Shown: one piece after another, positions 62,034 through 64,000 of the stretch
Layout: the number at the start of each line of letters is the position of its first letter
Position numbering within the stretch: position 1 is the first letter of the stretch
Assembly: GCA_963768475.1 (NCBI GenBank)
Contig: CAVYHY010000004.1
Coordinates: forward strand, 374,400-438,399
Direction of reading: 5' to 3'
DNA length: 64,000 bases
Source: an uncultured Actinomycetota bacterium
Lineage (GTDB): Bacteria > Actinomycetota > Actinomycetes > Actinomycetales > Demequinaceae
Program-made: the position numbers and the translations under genes
The notes under the pieces: model-generated
What the model was told of the DNA's origin: nothing
Database searches by the model: none
Seen by the model: the letters and a program-made list of their open reading frames with translations, nothing else

Positions 62034-63002
62034 ATGAATGCCATGACCGTACGAGTCCAATGGGGCAAGGTGCTTCTGGCACTCGCTGCCGTTGCGGCCG
62101 TATTGAGCACCATGATCATCGCCGCGTCGCCGGCGCACGCGACGAGTTACATCTCGAACGTGAACGGCCCGAACACCATCGACAACGGTGACAACAAGTG
62201 TCGGGACCACACCGGTACATACGACAACTACGACTTCTACAGCAATGCGTCCGCGACCTATTTCCCCGGCGACGGGCTCACGCTCAACTACACAGCTCCT
62301 GCGGGCAAGGTCATCACCGAGGTCTGCATCAAGGCAGCTCACGAGTTCGTCGTGCTGACGATCAGCCCGCCGCAGAATTCGATCTCCATCCAGCAGGTCT
62401 GGATCACTAACGGCGGCGGTACCGCGCAGCAGATCAGCCACTTCGGCGTCATGCTCGCCGACGAGTCCACGACCACCACCTCGACGACGGACACGACTAC
62501 GACGGGTACGACGACGACGGGGACGACGACGACGGGGACGACGACCACGGGGACGACGACCACGACGGGTACGACGACCACGGGGACGACGACCACGGGG
62601 ACGACGACCACGACGGGGACGACGACCACGGGGACGACGACCACGACGGGGACGACGACCACGAGGGACGACGACCACGACGGGTACGACGACCACGGGG
62701 ACGACGACGACGGGCACACCGACGACGGGTACCACCACGACCGGTACGACGACCACGGGTACGACGACCACGACCGGGACGACCACGACCGGTACCCAGA
62801 CGACCGGGACGACCACGACCGGCACGACGACGACGGGACGACCACCACGTCCGGCACGCTCACGGAGGTCGTCCTCGCGGCGACCGGGGCCAACGGAACC
62901 TCGGGGGAGATTGGGCTCGCCCTGTCGTTCCTCGTCGGCGGTATGGGCCTCATGCTTCTTCGCAAGCGTGGACCGGTCACCACCCCGGACGAAACTCGCT
63001 AG
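62034..63002 (+). CDS. LAXTG-anchored cell-surface protein, paralogous signal peptide, stalk and anchor with a different head domain
   Basis: MNAMTVRVQWGKVLLALAAVAAVLSTMIIAASPAHA, head domain about 110 aa, Thr/Gly stalk, then GTLTEVVLAATGANGTSG plus TM plus KRG tail. The stalk contains a 58-codon Asp/His-rich excursion caused by a frame change in the repeat. Confidence 0.8.
   Translation: MNAMTVRVQWGKVLLALAAVAAVLSTMIIAASPAHATSYISNVNGPNTIDNGDNKCRDHTGTYDNYDFYSNASATYFPGDGLTLNYTAPAGKVITEVCIKAAHEFVVLTISPPQNSISIQQVWITNGGGTAQQISHFGVMLADESTTTTSTTDTTTTGTTTTGTTTTGTTTTGTTTTTGTTTTGTTTTGTTTTTGTTTTGTTTTTGTTTTRDDDHDGYDDHGDDDDGHTDDGYHHDRYDDHGYDDHDRDDHDRYPDDRDDHDRHDDDGTTTTSGTLTEVVLAATGANGTSGEIGLALSFLVGGMGLMLLRKRGPVTTPDETR
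62468..62850 (+). repeat. Thr-codon tandem repeat array (degenerate 12-18-bp units)
   Basis: ACG/ACC/GGG/GGT codon repeats read directly. Same repeat type as 61154-61563. Confidence 0.85.
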
Positions 63003-63020
63003 GAACGGAAGAGACGCATC

Positions 63021-63635
63021 ATGAAACTTGGTTCAGGTAATTCGACGCTCGATGCGCGATCCATCCGTCGCGCCGTCGTCGGCCTGATCGTCGCTGGTGC
63101 CGCCATCGCGGTGGCGGTACCAGCGACGGCCAAGAACGATGCGCCGTCCAGTAGCCCCGCAACGAACCTGTCGGTCGTCGCATCCGCGGCGCCCGCTCAG
63201 GTCCTGCCGGGCGAGACGGCCACCCTCGTGGTGACGGTAACCAATACCGGGACGTCCGATCTTCCCGCGCTGACGCTGACCGCGGACCTTCCGGCTGCCG
63301 TGACGTACGACGCCTCGTCGGTCGTCGCAACGGTGACGAACTCGTCGGGTGCTATCACCGCGTACTCGGGAACGGGTACGGACGGCGCGACGGCACTCGC
63401 CCAGCCGACGCCAGGGACGCTCGTCGCCCCGTGGGACGCGATTGCGCTCGCCCCCGGCGATACTCTGCGCGTCACGTTCGACGTTCGCGTGAGCGACGCG
63501 CTCGCGCCCTCGGTCAACGAGCTTCGGCTCGTGTCGCTCGCCTCAGCCGGTGCGGCAGCATCGGGAGATTCCCTGACTCTGACGGTCCTCAAGGAAGCGC
63601 TTGCCCTCGCGTCGGACGCCGATCCCGCCTCCTAG
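63021..63635 (+). CDS. Secreted protein with DUF11/CARDB-like beta-sandwich features
   Basis: Signal/TM segment (VVGLIVAGAAIAVAVPATA). VLPGETATLVVTVTNTGTSDLPALTLTADLP and GDTLRVTFDVRV resemble the DUF11 conserved repeat domain. Starts 19 nt after the previous stop (operon). Confidence 0.7.
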   Translation: MKLGSGNSTLDARSIRRAVVGLIVAGAAIAVAVPATAKNDAPSSSPATNLSVVASAAPAQVLPGETATLVVTVTNTGTSDLPALTLTADLPAAVTYDASSVVATVTNSSGAITAYSGTGTDGATALAQPTPGTLVAPWDAIALAPGDTLRVTFDVRVSDALAPSVNELRLVSLASAGAAASGDSLTLTVLKEALALASDADPAS

Positions 63636-63703
63636 CCGGGCGGGATCGGCGAGCGACGGGCGGGCGTCCTGTCGGTGCCGTATCCCCACGTATCGTTGAT
63701 CGC

Positions 63704-64000
63704 ATGATGCGATCGATCCTCGCCTATGCGGCGCTCACGTTCGTCGGGCTCATCACCGGAATCGTTGGAGCGGCTGCGCATCGAGTCCACCCGTACTGGG
63801 GTATCGCGCTCGTTCTTCTCCTCGTGCTCTCCTCGGCGACGTTCGCGCGGGCCACTCGCGCGTGGACGGGGTTGTCGGTGTACGCGGCTTCCTGGTACCT
63901 GTCCGTGGCCTTCCTGTTCCTCGTCCGCGGCCCCGGCGATTCGGTCGCCATCCTCGATGACGCGCTCGGACGCGCGTTATTCATCGGCGGCGCGATCGCG
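63704..64000 (+). CDS. Membrane protein, unknown function (3' end beyond window)
   Basis: ATG 63704. MMRSILAYAALTFVGLITGIVGAAAHRVHPYWGIALVLLLVLSSATFARA..., open to the window end. Several hydrophobic segments. Preferred over the antisense 86-aa ORF 63724-63984. Confidence 0.5.
   Translation, partial: MMRSILAYAALTFVGLITGIVGAAAHRVHPYWGIALVLLLVLSSATFARATRAWTGLSVYAASWYLSVAFLFLVRGPGDSVAILDDALGRALFIGGAIA

Noticed and set aside
61154-62850. Regular short repeats that could superficially suggest a CRISPR array.
   Set aside because: The units are 15 bp (or 12-18 bp), directly tandem without spacers and lie in frame inside coding sequence. No cas genes are present.
60994-62983. Val/Pro-rich ORFs (60994-61680 -, 61869-62825 -, 62339-62983 -) and an Asp/His/Gly/Tyr-rich ORF (61108-61758 +).
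   Set aside because: These are alternative-frame and antisense readings of the ACG/ACC/GGT Thr-codon repeats of the two LAXTG genes. They have no independent start or RBS context.
63724-63984. An 86-aa minus-strand ORF at the window end.
   Set aside because: It is antisense to a plus-strand ORF with clear hydrophobic TM segments starting at 63704. Its translation is Arg/Ser-rich with no motifs.

Overview
High-GC (roughly 68-70 %) actinobacterial chromosome segment. The core gene order (rsmA-ispE, glmU-prs, ctc-pth, mfd-mazG-eno-ftsB-DUF501-ppx, DUF4307-greA, uppS, phoH2, fumC, xseA/xseB, ispH, rmuC, ychF) and LAXTG sorting signals suggest an Actinomycetales/Actinomycetaceae-like organism; the taxon is inference only. 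Accessory content: (1) at 0.5-12.3 kb, a cytoplasmic unsaturated-uronate / glycosaminoglycan-oligosaccharide utilisation locus (DeoR-type regulator, DUF2264, sugar ABC importer, DUF624, GH88-like hydrolase, FAH-family protein, IolB/KduI-type isomerase, KduD, Eda, KdgK). (2) A LacI-type regulator plus araB-araD-araA. (3) A peptide ABC importer. (4) Two paralogous secreted proteins of unknown function between prs and ctc. (5) At 60.6-63.6 kb, a surface-protein cassette: two LAXTG-anchored proteins with Thr-rich 15-bp tandem repeats and a DUF11-like protein. Each LAXTG gene is preceded by a pair of perfect TGTGA-N6-TCACA palindromes. There are two tRNAs, one with an odd anticodon/architecture combination. 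I recognised no rRNA, CRISPR, transposase, integrase, phage or known defence genes, and I cannot point to a convincing new multi-gene system. The paired CRP-type operators on the surface-protein cassette are the most interesting biology. The most conspicuous anomaly is reading-frame disruption. There is none in the first 20 kb and about 11 isolated events elsewhere. A 7-kb block (38.3-45.4 kb) has eight consecutive, mostly housekeeping genes (CE7 esterase, msrA, AI-2E transporter, greA, DUF4307, hemolysin-III, uppS, phoH2) broken by about 30 frame changes, almost all +1 insertions. That pattern fits sequence/assembly error better than real gene decay, but only read-level data can settle it. 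All coordinates and frameshift positions were derived by eye from the sequence and the ORF track. Family names come from recognised motifs, not database searches.
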